Below, piece after piece: positions 1 through 8,595 of a stretch of DNA of 35,964 nt (position 1 is its first letter; each line of letters opens with the position of its first letter). A program made the position numbers and the translations under genes. Under the pieces are notes generated by a model. That model searched no databases, was not told the origin of the DNA, and saw only the letters and a program-made list of their open reading frames with translations. Origin of the DNA: a virus (lineage: Duplodnaviria; Caudoviricetes); the IMG/VR virus record IMGVR_UViG_3300046786_000013, positions 1 to 35,964 of that record. The stretch is one strand, 5' to 3'.

Positions 1-129
1 TGCAAGAACAACTAAAAGCCCGTATTGCTGAACTAGAAAAGCAAAAAGAACAAATGTTGGCTAACTTCCATGCCATTTCAGGCGCTATTGCCGAAAATGA
101 AGCGTGGTTGCGCCAGCTTGACAAACCCG
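1..129. repeat. Terminal direct repeat, left copy (circular assembly overlap)
   Basis: 1-129 equals 35836-35964 except position 3 (C vs A); 4-129 is an exact 126-nt match. Confidence 0.97.
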
Positions 130-142
130 TAGAATCACAAGA

Positions 143-619
143 ATGACCTTTATTTACGCATTGGCTGATCCAGATACTGATGAAGTTCGGTATGTGGGTA
201 AAGCTGACTGCGTAAAAGAGCGGTACATGGCGCACATGAGAGAAGCCAAAAGCGGCAAAAACTCACATAAATGTGCATGGATTCGCAAAGTCATTGATAA
301 ACAACAAAAGCCTAAACTAATTGTTTTGGAGGAAATATCCCAAGATGATTGGAAAAAGGCTGAAATTTATTACATAGCTGAATTTAGAAAGTTAGGTCAC
401 AATTTAACAAATCTTGCAAAAGGTGGAGAAGGCTTTGAGTCTGGCTATGTGCAAGACAATTTGTTTAAATTAAAGAAGTTTTTTGGCAAACGCTATAACG
501 AAGCCAAAAAGTCCAATAATTACGCTTTGATGAGCCGATTAGCATTAACTATGGTCGGGTTAACTCAAACAAGGCCAGAGATTGTGCCTAAACGATGGAT
601 TGGCATCCAGTTGCCGTAA
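143..619 (+). CDS. GIY-YIG homing-type endonuclease
   Basis: N-terminal FIY-x10-YVG, conserved R..H, E and the LTN..GGEG motif; ATGA overlap with the upstream junction-spanning ORF. Confidence 0.8.
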   Translation: MTFIYALADPDTDEVRYVGKADCVKERYMAHMREAKSGKNSHKCAWIRKVIDKQQKPKLIVLEEISQDDWKKAEIYYIAEFRKLGHNLTNLAKGGEGFESGYVQDNLFKLKKFFGKRYNEAKKSNNYALMSRLALTMVGLTQTRPEIVPKRWIGIQLP

Positions 620-623
620 GACT

Positions 624-1091
624 ATGGAAGAAACAAGACCTCGTGGCAGACCCACATCATTCAAAGAAGAATACTCTGATCAACTGATTGAGTATTTTGA
701 CAAAGTGCCATTTGAACGTGTCCCATTGAAAGACAAGAATGGGGACGAAAAAGGCTTTGAGTTAGTGCCTACTATGTTTCCGACTCTTGCACGTTTTGCC
801 ACAATGATAGGGGTGACAAGAGACACTCTTTACGAATGGTCGGTTGCTAAAAATGAGAATGGTGAACTAAAGCATCCAGATTTTTCCTACGCCTATAAAA
901 GAGCTAAGGAATTTCAGGAGGCTATTCTTGTTGAAGGAACAATGGCTGGCGCTTTTCAGGCTAATTTCAGCATCTTTACAGCCAAGAACGTGCTTGGTTG
1001 GCGTGATAAGACTGAACAAGAAATTACTGGTGCAGACGGTGCTGCTTTACTGTCAGGCATCCAGGTCAGCTTTGTGAAGCCTAATGAGTAA
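624..1091 (+). CDS. terS: Terminase small subunit (P22 gp3-like DNA packaging protein)
   Basis: GRPT.F/Y start, HTH-like segment PTLARFATMIGVTRDTLYEW, F.AKN.LGWRDK.E.EITG C-terminus; lies just upstream of terL. ATG 624 preferred over the track start at 582. Confidence 0.88.
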   Translation: MEETRPRGRPTSFKEEYSDQLIEYFDKVPFERVPLKDKNGDEKGFELVPTMFPTLARFATMIGVTRDTLYEWSVAKNENGELKHPDFSYAYKRAKEFQEAILVEGTMAGAFQANFSIFTAKNVLGWRDKTEQEITGADGAALLSGIQVSFVKPNE

Positions 1092-1095
1092 CGTC

Positions 1096-1149
1096 TTGGA
1101 CACGCAGACGCTAAAGCGAAGTGGGTCTTGGTGGAAGCCCAAGAACTAA
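1096..1149 (+). ncRNA. Candidate structured RNA between terS and terL
   Basis: Nested pairings TTGG/CTAA, CAC/GTG, CGC-TAAA-GCG and TCTTGG-TGGAAGC-CCAAGA (7-nt T-loop-like loop). Confidence 0.35.
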
Positions 1150-1152
1150 TTT

Positions 1153-2436
1153 ATGTCTGAAGTATCACAAGCAATTGCAAAGGCTGAATTCCCACTCAAG
1201 CTAGAGTGCCTGTTCAAGCCATCACGCTACAAAGTCCTCTACGGTGGACGGGGTGGGGCTAAATCTTGGGGTGTGGCTAGAGCATTGCTAATCAAGGCAG
1301 CACAAAATCAATTACGCATTCTTTGCGCCCGTGAGTTCCAAACCTCCATCAAGGATTCGGTTCACAAGCTGTTGTGTGACCAGATTGAGGCGCTTGGCCT
1401 CACATCGTTCTATGAGATCACCCAAACCAACATCAAGGGCAAAAACGGCTCTGAGTTCAGTTTTGTGGGCTTAAAGAACAACGTGGCTAACGTCAAGTCT
1501 TATGAAGGCGTGGACATTTGTTGGGTTGAAGAAGCGCAGACAACCAGCCGAATGTCATGGAATGTGCTGATTCCAACCATTCGTAAGGAAAAGTCAGAAA
1601 TCTGGATCACGTTCAACCCTGAATTGGAGACAGACGAGACTTACCAACGGTTTGTGCTGAACCCGCCTGATGACTGCATCGTCACCAAAGTCAACTGGTC
1701 GGACAACCCTTGGTTTCCTGACACGCTACGGCTTGAGAAAGATGCCCTCAAATTCCGTGACCCACAGGCTTACAACGTGGTTTGGGAAGGTTTATGCAGG
1801 CAGACGGTTGATGGCGCTATCTTTGCCAAAGAAATGCAAATGGCTGAGTTGGATGGGCGCATCACAAAGGTCAACTATGACCCAACAAAGCCCGTACACG
1901 CAATTTTTGACCTTGGTTGGTCTGATGCCACAGCAATCTGGTTCTTGCAGTTCATAGGCATGGAAACACGCCTGATTCGCTACATTGAGGGCAATCAGCA
2001 GACCATGAGCGATTACCTAGCCAAGATGCAGACGTTTGGCTATATGTACGACACGCTATGGCTTCCACATGACGCTGAGAACAAGACACTAGCGGGCAAC
2101 GGCAGAAGCATTGAGGAAATTGTCAGGGCTGCGGGCTACAAAACCAAGATCATCCCCAAAACGCCTATTTTGGACTCCATCAATGCGGCACGAACGATCT
2201 TTGTGAACTGTTGGTTTGACCGTGACAACTGTCATGAGGGCTTGCAATGCCTACGCCATTACCGTTACGATGTTGACCCAGACACTAAGCAATTCAGCAA
2301 AACGCCTTTGCATGACCAATATTCGCATGGCGCTGATGCGTTTAGGTACATTGGGCTAATGGTCAATGAGCCAAGACAGGCTAGAAGGCCAAGACTGAAC
2401 ACAAATTATGGTGGTCAACATTCATGGATGAGTTAA
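1153..2436 (+). CDS. terL: Terminase large subunit (PBSX/Terminase_3 family)
   Basis: Walker A YGGRGGAKS, Walker B WVEEA, TFNP coupling motif, nuclease DLG..D and H.ADAFRY motifs. Confidence 0.96.
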   Translation: MSEVSQAIAKAEFPLKLECLFKPSRYKVLYGGRGGAKSWGVARALLIKAAQNQLRILCAREFQTSIKDSVHKLLCDQIEALGLTSFYEITQTNIKGKNGSEFSFVGLKNNVANVKSYEGVDICWVEEAQTTSRMSWNVLIPTIRKEKSEIWITFNPELETDETYQRFVLNPPDDCIVTKVNWSDNPWFPDTLRLEKDALKFRDPQAYNVVWEGLCRQTVDGAIFAKEMQMAELDGRITKVNYDPTKPVHAIFDLGWSDATAIWFLQFIGMETRLIRYIEGNQQTMSDYLAKMQTFGYMYDTLWLPHDAENKTLAGNGRSIEEIVRAAGYKTKIIPKTPILDSINAARTIFVNCWFDRDNCHEGLQCLRHYRYDVDPDTKQFSKTPLHDQYSHGADAFRYIGLMVNEPRQARRPRLNTNYGGQHSWMS

Positions 2437-2465
2437 AATGACTCCAAATCACTTAGGGCAACATC

Positions 2466-4547
2466 ATGGCTGATGATTACGACTCACGAATCCAAGAAGC
2501 AATTGACTTCTTAAAGTTTGCCAATGACGCAGACACAATGAACCGTCAGGAAGCCCTTGAGGATTTGAAGTTTGGCGGTGGTGATCAATGGCCTGTTGAA
2601 CTGCAAAACTCACGCAATCTTGAATCACGCCCTGTGATCACGGTTAACAAGGTAGATAACTATTGCCGCCAAGTGTCTAACCAACAGCGTCAGCAACGCC
2701 CCCGAATCAAAGTTCATGCGACAAACACCCATGATGACATGGTGGACGCACAGACCATTCAGGGCATTATTCGCCACATTGAAGTCAATTCCAACGCTGA
2801 CCACGCCTATGACAACGCATTTGAATATGCTGTTCGCATGGGGTGGGGCTATATGCGTGTCCGCACAGACTATGTTTCTGAGGATTCGTTTGATCAGGAA
2901 ATCTACATTGACGCAATAGATAACCCATTTACGGTTTATTACGATCCAAACTCTGTGTTGCCTGATGGCTCTGACGCTGACCGTTGTTTGATTACAACAA
3001 TGATGTTAAAGAGCGAATTCCGCAAGCTGTACCCAGACGCTGATGACGGTGGCACAAGTTTCACTCAACGTGGAACAGGCGATTCACAATCTGAGTGGAT
3101 CACCAAAGAGGACATTCGCCTTGCTGAGTATTACTACACAGTCAGGGAAAAGGCCAAACTGTACCTTTTGAGCGATGGCACAGCGACATTTGCTGATGAC
3201 AAAGACTTCTTTAACCGCCTTGCCGCTTATGGCATTGAGGTCATTGACCAACGTGATTCATTCAAGAAAACAATTAAATACTGCAAGATGACAGCGGTTG
3301 AGATTCTTGAAGAACGTGATTGGGCGGGCAAATACATCCCAATCGTCCCCGTTTACGGCAGACACATTGTCATTGGTGACAAGCGCAAGAAGTTCGGCAT
3401 GATTCGTTATGCCAAAGACCCACAGCGTATGTACAACTTTTGGCAGACTTCCATCACCGAAAGCGTTGCACTAGCGCCTAAAGCCAAGTGGATTTTTGCT
3501 GAAGGTCAAGACGAGGGACATGAGAGCGATTGGGCAAATGCCAACATCAAGTCATTCCCTGTTTTGCGCTACAAACAGACAGACATTGATGGTCGCCCCG
3601 CACCGCCTCCAATTCGTATGCAACCAGAGCCGCCCCCAACGGGCGTTATGGCGGCAGCAGCGGGTGTGAATGATGATATTAAAGCCATCATGGGCATATT
3701 TGACCCCGCACAACTTGGTCAAGGCAATATCTCAGGCAAAGCAATCAATGGTCAGCAACAACAAGTTGACCTGACAAACTTTGATTATTACGACAACCTG
3801 ACACGTTCAATTGCCCACATTGGCAAGATTTGCTTAGACCTTATCCCTAAGATTTACGACACAGAGCGTGTCATGCGAATCATTGGTGATGATGGCAAGC
3901 CAGAACTGTTGACGATCAACCAACGTGACTCTGTGGGTCGTGTGTTGAACGACATTTCTGTGGGTCAATATGATGTGGTCATGGAAACAGGGCCAGGCTA
4001 CAACAGCAAGCGCCAAGAAGCTGTGGACAATATGCTTCCATTGCTTTCTGCCGCCCCTGAATTGATGGGCGTAGCTGGTGACTTGGTATTCCGCAACATG
4101 GATTGGCCTGGTGCTGACATCATTGCTGACCGCCTTGCCGCTGCCAACCCAATGGCTCAAATTGACGATAAGTCTAAAGTGCCTCCGCAAGTTCAAATGC
4201 AATTGGCTATGTCGCAGAAGCAGATTCAGGAACTTACACAAGCACTACAAGCGAAAGACTTGCTGTTGAAGAACCGCATGGATGTTGAGCAATTGCGTCA
4301 AGATTCCGAAACCAAGCGCACCCTGATGAAAGAAACAGGACGGGCTAATGAGGCTGAATTGCGTGAACAGAGTGACCGAGTTGAAATGCAAATGCGTGTT
4401 GAAGGCCAAGCAAATGACACGGTTATCAACTCACAGACTAAGCTAGAGATTGAAAGAATGAAGCAACAAATCGCTTTGGTGTTGGCTCAAATGGACAAAG
4501 GCGCATTAAATGATGCCAATGCCGAGGCAACAGAACGGGCTATTTGA
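2466..4547 (+). CDS. Portal protein, P22-like
   Basis: 693 aa after terL; G.QW, KDPQR.YN, SG.AI..QQ.Q and YDV....GP...S.R motifs; long C-terminal coiled coil (barrel). Confidence 0.93.
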   Translation: MADDYDSRIQEAIDFLKFANDADTMNRQEALEDLKFGGGDQWPVELQNSRNLESRPVITVNKVDNYCRQVSNQQRQQRPRIKVHATNTHDDMVDAQTIQGIIRHIEVNSNADHAYDNAFEYAVRMGWGYMRVRTDYVSEDSFDQEIYIDAIDNPFTVYYDPNSVLPDGSDADRCLITTMMLKSEFRKLYPDADDGGTSFTQRGTGDSQSEWITKEDIRLAEYYYTVREKAKLYLLSDGTATFADDKDFFNRLAAYGIEVIDQRDSFKKTIKYCKMTAVEILEERDWAGKYIPIVPVYGRHIVIGDKRKKFGMIRYAKDPQRMYNFWQTSITESVALAPKAKWIFAEGQDEGHESDWANANIKSFPVLRYKQTDIDGRPAPPPIRMQPEPPPTGVMAAAAGVNDDIKAIMGIFDPAQLGQGNISGKAINGQQQQVDLTNFDYYDNLTRSIAHIGKICLDLIPKIYDTERVMRIIGDDGKPELLTINQRDSVGRVLNDISVGQYDVVMETGPGYNSKRQEAVDNMLPLLSAAPELMGVAGDLVFRNMDWPGADIIADRLAAANPMAQIDDKSKVPPQVQMQLAMSQKQIQELTQALQAKDLLLKNRMDVEQLRQDSETKRTLMKETGRANEAELREQSDRVEMQMRVEGQANDTVINSQTKLEIERMKQQIALVLAQMDKGALNDANAEATERAI

Positions 4548-4571
4548 ATTTAAAAGATTTTGTGGTAGATT
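4544..4571 (+). promoter_or_regulatory. Possible sigma70 promoter for scaffold/coat
   Basis: TTGAAT-16 nt-TAGATT in the AT-rich gap after the portal gene. Confidence 0.35.
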
Positions 4572-4583
4572 AACTACACCGTA

Positions 4584-4600
4584 CCTGTGAGGTTCACAGG
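4584..4600 (+). promoter_or_regulatory. Hairpin in the scaffold mRNA leader
   Basis: Perfect CCTGTGA-GGT-TCACAGG inverted repeat 20 nt upstream of the scaffold ATG; no U-tract. Confidence 0.5.
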
Positions 4601-4620
4601 GTCAAATCGTTGGGAAACGT

Positions 4621-5523
4621 ATGTCCGATAAAGAAGCGGGTCAAGTATTGACAAGCGAGAATGCAGCAGAATTTTATGCAAACAGATTAGGTTTAGCTGA
4701 ATCAAATTCAGAGCCTGAGGCGGTTGAAGAAGCCGAGCCAGTAGCTGAAGAAGAACAGAGTGAACCGAAAGAGGCAGAAAAGGAAGCAAACCAAGAGGGT
4801 GAGCGAAAGCAAAATCCTAAACTTGAAAAGCGGTTCTCAGAGATAACCAAGCAACGTGAAGAAGCTAGGCAAGAAGCACAGCGGGAACGCCAAGCAAGGT
4901 TAGATTTAGAACAGCGTTTGGCGGCACTAGAGCAAAATAGACAGCCTCAACAACAGGCGGTCAACATTGATCAAGAGCCACAACCAAGCCAGTTCAGCGA
5001 TGCGTTTGAGTATGCGAAGGCTCTAGCCGAGTATTCGACAGAAAAAGCACTAGCCGAACGTGATAGGCAAGTTGAGCAAGCTAAAGAGCAAGAAGCGCAA
5101 CAAAAGATTATCCAATCTTGGGCGCAAAAGGTTCAAGCGGCTAAAGCTGAAATGCCTGATTTTGATGACATGGTCGCATCAAGTGATGTAGTTGTTAACA
5201 ACGCAGTTCGTGATGCAATTCTGGAGAGTGATGTAGGCCCAAAAATCCTGTATCACCTAGCTGAAAACAATGACCTAGCCAAAAAGATCGCAGGCTTGTC
5301 ACCGAATGCAGCGCTTAGAGAGATTGGGAAACTAGAAGCAAAGTTTGAGGCAAAGCCTGAAGCTGTGCAGACAGCCCCTGTTGTAAGAAGTAAAGCACCA
5401 ACACCGATTCAACCGATTCGTGGTGGGCAAGGCAAACCTGATGTGCCGATTTCCGCTAATGGCGAATTTCATGGTTCATATCAGGCTTGGAAAGCCGCAC
5501 GCAAATTGGGAAAAATTCGGTAA
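4621..5523 (+). CDS. Scaffolding protein
   Basis: Acidic, coiled-coil protein between portal and coat; basic C-terminal helix (WKAARKLGKIR) typical of coat-binding domains. Confidence 0.85.
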   Translation: MSDKEAGQVLTSENAAEFYANRLGLAESNSEPEAVEEAEPVAEEEQSEPKEAEKEANQEGERKQNPKLEKRFSEITKQREEARQEAQRERQARLDLEQRLAALEQNRQPQQQAVNIDQEPQPSQFSDAFEYAKALAEYSTEKALAERDRQVEQAKEQEAQQKIIQSWAQKVQAAKAEMPDFDDMVASSDVVVNNAVRDAILESDVGPKILYHLAENNDLAKKIAGLSPNAALREIGKLEAKFEAKPEAVQTAPVVRSKAPTPIQPIRGGQGKPDVPISANGEFHGSYQAWKAARKLGKIR

Positions 5524-5549
5524 ACCTAATCTTTTTGGAGTAATTTAAA

Positions 5550-6788
5550 ATGTCAAACAATTTATTGACGATTAGCAAGATCACTAACGAAGCGTTGATG
5601 GTCTTAGAGAATGAACTGACTTTCACATCGGAAGTTGACCGTAACTATGATGACCAATTCGCTGTTGTAGGCGCTAAGATTGGTAACACAGTTAACGTTC
5701 GTAAGCCAGGCCGTTTCATCGGTACAACTGGCCCTGCATTGAACGTTGAGGACTTTAACGAAACTTCTGTTCCCGTTACTTTGTCCACACAGTTCCACGT
5801 TGACACACAATTCACAACACAAGACTTGGCTTTGTCCTTGGATATGTTCTCTGACCGTGTGTTGAAGCCCGCAATCGCAGCAATCGCCAACAAGATTGAC
5901 CGTGATGGTATGGCTATGGCTACCTTGCAAACTGCCAACATCGTTGGTACAGCGGGTACACCCCCAACTGGTTTGATCACATACCTGACAGCGGGCGCAT
6001 ACCTTGACTCTGAAGGCGCACCCCGTGACGGTCGTCGTTCTTGCATCGTTGAGCCTTTCACATCAGCAACTATTGTTGACAGCTTGAAGGGTTTGTTCGT
6101 TCCTCAAGAAGCTATCGGTGAGCAATACCGTAAGGGCTTGATGGGCCGTGACTCAGCGGGCATGAACTGGAAGATGGACCAGAACGTTGTAAGCCAAACA
6201 TTTGGCTCATTTGCGGGTACTGCTACTGTCAACACCACAACCGCTTCAGGTTTCCTGACTTCTGGTTGGGCTTCATCTAGCACCATTACTTTGACTGCTA
6301 CTGGTACAGTTAGCTTGAATGCGGGCGATACATTCCAAATCGCAGGTGTTTACGCTGTCAACCCCCAGAACCGTCAAGCCTACGGCACAAACAAACTGCG
6401 TAATTTCGTAGTTAAGCAAGCCGTGTCTGGTACTGATGGCACTTTGTCTGTTGTGGTTAGCCCCGCTGTTATTACAGCAGGTCAGTTCCAGAACGTGTCG
6501 ATCCCCACAACTGCATCTACTGCCGCTGTGAGTTTCTTCAACAAGACTGGTACTGTTTCCCCACAAAACATCATCATGCACCGCAATGCTTTCACATTGG
6601 CAGTAGCCGATCTGGAATTGCCTGAGGGTGTTCACTTTGCGGGTCGTGCAAGCGATAAGGAAATTGGTTTGTCAATGCGTGTTGTGCGTCAGTACACCAT
6701 CAACAATGACTCCATTCCTACACGTTTGGACGTGCTGTACGGTTGGGCGCCTCTGTACCCTGAATTGGCTTGCCGAGTAGCAGCCTAA
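5550..6788 (+). CDS. Major capsid protein (P22 coat gp5 family)
   Basis: 412 aa; G.TV.VR.P, AGD.F.IAGV..VNP insertion domain, R.DVLYG...YPE.ACR C-terminus; GGAG Shine-Dalgarno. Confidence 0.93.
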   Translation: MSNNLLTISKITNEALMVLENELTFTSEVDRNYDDQFAVVGAKIGNTVNVRKPGRFIGTTGPALNVEDFNETSVPVTLSTQFHVDTQFTTQDLALSLDMFSDRVLKPAIAAIANKIDRDGMAMATLQTANIVGTAGTPPTGLITYLTAGAYLDSEGAPRDGRRSCIVEPFTSATIVDSLKGLFVPQEAIGEQYRKGLMGRDSAGMNWKMDQNVVSQTFGSFAGTATVNTTTASGFLTSGWASSSTITLTATGTVSLNAGDTFQIAGVYAVNPQNRQAYGTNKLRNFVVKQAVSGTDGTLSVVVSPAVITAGQFQNVSIPTTASTAAVSFFNKTGTVSPQNIIMHRNAFTLAVADLELPEGVHFAGRASDKEIGLSMRVVRQYTINNDSIPTRLDVLYGWAPLYPELACRVAA

Positions 6789-6793
6789 TGGTC

Positions 6794-6817
6794 AATGGGG
6801 GGTTAACGCCCCCCGTT
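6794..6817 (+). terminator. Hairpin after coat gene (weak terminator or mRNA stabiliser)
   Basis: AATGGGGGG-TTAACG-CCCCCCGTT with a poor U-tract. Confidence 0.55.
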
Positions 6818-6841
6818 CTAAACTTAATTTAAGGAATTATC

Positions 6842-7267
6842 ATGAGCAATCCAGGACCAGCAAGTACCACAACGATTCACCCAAGTAATTTGGCATCTAA
6901 CCAAGCAATTCGCTTGTTGGGTGTTGCTACTGGCGTGAACGTCAACGGCACAGGCGATCAAGCTGTTATCGCAATCAACAACTCCACAAACTACTCTGTT
7001 AGCAATGTGGTTTTCACTAACGCTTCAATTTCTTTGACAACTGCCGCAGCGGGTCTGTTTACAGCCCCTAGCGCAGGTGGTACTGCAATTGTTGCAAATG
7101 CCGCTTTGTCAGCCTTGACAGGCTCAACTGTTGTGTCACAGCGCACCGTTGCTTCTACCGCCACTCAATCAGGCCAAAACCTGTATTTGAATGTTGGTAC
7201 AGCACAAGGCGCAGCCGCCACAATGGACGTTTATGTCTATGGCTACGACTTCAGCACATTCAGCTAA
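6842..7267 (+). CDS. Putative capsid decoration/virion protein
   Basis: Ala/Thr/Ser-rich beta protein directly after coat, AAGGA SD, ahead of a strong terminator. Confidence 0.6.
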   Translation: MSNPGPASTTTIHPSNLASNQAIRLLGVATGVNVNGTGDQAVIAINNSTNYSVSNVVFTNASISLTTAAAGLFTAPSAGGTAIVANAALSALTGSTVVSQRTVASTATQSGQNLYLNVGTAQGAAATMDVYVYGYDFSTFS

Positions 7268-7290
7268 ATCCTGATGTGATGTGAGAAGAA

Positions 7291-7320
7291 GCCACTCTTA
7301 AAAGGGGTGGCTTTTTCTTT
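7291..7320 (+). terminator. Rho-independent terminator
   Basis: GCCACTC...GGGTGGC stem followed by TTTTTCTTT and preceded by an A-rich tract. Confidence 0.85.
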
Positions 7321-7360
7321 ATTTGGCGTTACAATTTAATCATTCTCTAAAGGAATCATC

Positions 7361-7687
7361 ATGGCTCTCCAAACGACAATTTTGCGTGGAAACATATCCA
7401 ACGCATTCGTTATGGGTGTGACTTTTACAGCCACAACCGTTGCCTCCTCTGGCGCTTCTAAGACTGTCACCGTTGCGGGCCTGAAGGTCGGTGACGCAGT
7501 TCAAGTGTCCCTTCCCGCTGCTCAAACAACTGGTGTTGGCATTGCCAATGCTTACGTTTCAGCCGCTGACACTCTGATCGTACAGTTCACAAATGCAACA
7601 GGCTCTAGCGCTTCAGCCGCTGCGGGTACATATACCGTGGTTGTGAATCGTCCTGAGTATTTGCCCCTTGATTCAAACGCTGTTTAA
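7361..7687 (+). CDS. Putative virion structural protein
   Basis: AAGGA SD; TV.GL.VGD.V motif, small beta-sandwich-like composition. Confidence 0.6.
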   Translation: MALQTTILRGNISNAFVMGVTFTATTVASSGASKTVTVAGLKVGDAVQVSLPAAQTTGVGIANAYVSAADTLIVQFTNATGSSASAAAGTYTVVVNRPEYLPLDSNAV

Positions 7688-7689
7688 TC

Positions 7690-8037
7690 ATGTCTAATAC
7701 AACGGTATTACGCCCCGTAGGAGTAACAACAGCCATTTCGGTGGGTGCTACTTCTACTGCTGCAACGCTTATTACCGCAAGCACCAATGACCAAGTTAAC
7801 TATGCCTCTTTCATCAACACGGGTGCTACCTATGTTGCTGTGAGCCTTGGCGATGCTAACGTGGCTGCGGCTGTTTTGCCCGTAAGCGGTTCAACCACAG
7901 GGAACTTTGTGTTGCCCGCCTCTATGACAGTTCCAATTGTCTTGGCAGTCCCCGCAAGTCCTTACTATGTCCGCATGATCGGTTCGGGTTCAGGCCCATC
8001 AATCGTTTATGTCACCCCCGTTGGCGATCAAAGCTAA
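7690..8037 (+). CDS. Putative virion structural protein
   Basis: 115 aa, beta-rich, ends VYVTPVGDQS; tightly packed in the structural operon. Confidence 0.6.
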   Translation: MSNTTVLRPVGVTTAISVGATSTAATLITASTNDQVNYASFINTGATYVAVSLGDANVAAAVLPVSGSTTGNFVLPASMTVPIVLAVPASPYYVRMIGSGSGPSIVYVTPVGDQS

Positions 8038-8049
8038 AGGAAAAAACCC

Positions 8050-8592
8050 ATGTCAAGCGCTAATTCTGTTGCATATACATCATCAACAAATCTTGTCCCT
8101 GTGCAAGCTGAATTCAATTCAGCGGGCGTTTGCGTGGGTTTGGTCGGGCCAGGTGGGGCTTACTTCAGCCCCCCATTAACAGGCACAACCATTGATAACA
8201 CAGTCATTGGTGGCACAACCCCCGCTGCCGTGACAGGCACAGACGTTTATGCGTCTGAGGAAATTGGTTACAACGCAACGGCTCAAGGCACAGTAACCCA
8301 AGCTACAAGCAAATCCACAGGCGTGACTTTGAATAAGTCTAGTGGTCAGATTACAATGAACAACGCTTCATTGGCTGCGGGAACAACGGTTTTGTTTACT
8401 TTGACAAACAGCACTTTGTCAGCTAAAGACGTTCTGATTGTTAACGTGGGAAGCGGTGGAACATCAGGCGCTTATTGGCCTTATGTCGCTAACGTAGCTG
8501 CGGGTTCTGCGGTAATTGGCGTTTACAACAACACGGCAGGTGCATTGGGTGAAGCCATTGTGATCAATTACGCAATCATTCACGGTGCATAA
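8050..8592 (+). CDS. Putative fibre/virion protein
   Basis: AAGGA SD; GTVTQATSKSTGVTLNK..GQITM motif; shares IDNT.IG.TTP with the next gene. Confidence 0.6.
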   Translation: MSSANSVAYTSSTNLVPVQAEFNSAGVCVGLVGPGGAYFSPPLTGTTIDNTVIGGTTPAAVTGTDVYASEEIGYNATAQGTVTQATSKSTGVTLNKSSGQITMNNASLAAGTTVLFTLTNSTLSAKDVLIVNVGSGGTSGAYWPYVANVAAGSAVIGVYNNTAGALGEAIVINYAIIHGA

Positions 8593-8595
8593 ACC

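Noticed and set aside
1096-1149. Possible tRNA gene
   Set aside because: Too short, with no D-arm/anticodon arm geometry, no TTC T-loop consensus and no CCA; kept only as a candidate structured RNA.
6770-6790. Programmed frameshift extending the coat protein
   Set aside because: No slippery heptamer near the stop; the next gene has its own SD.
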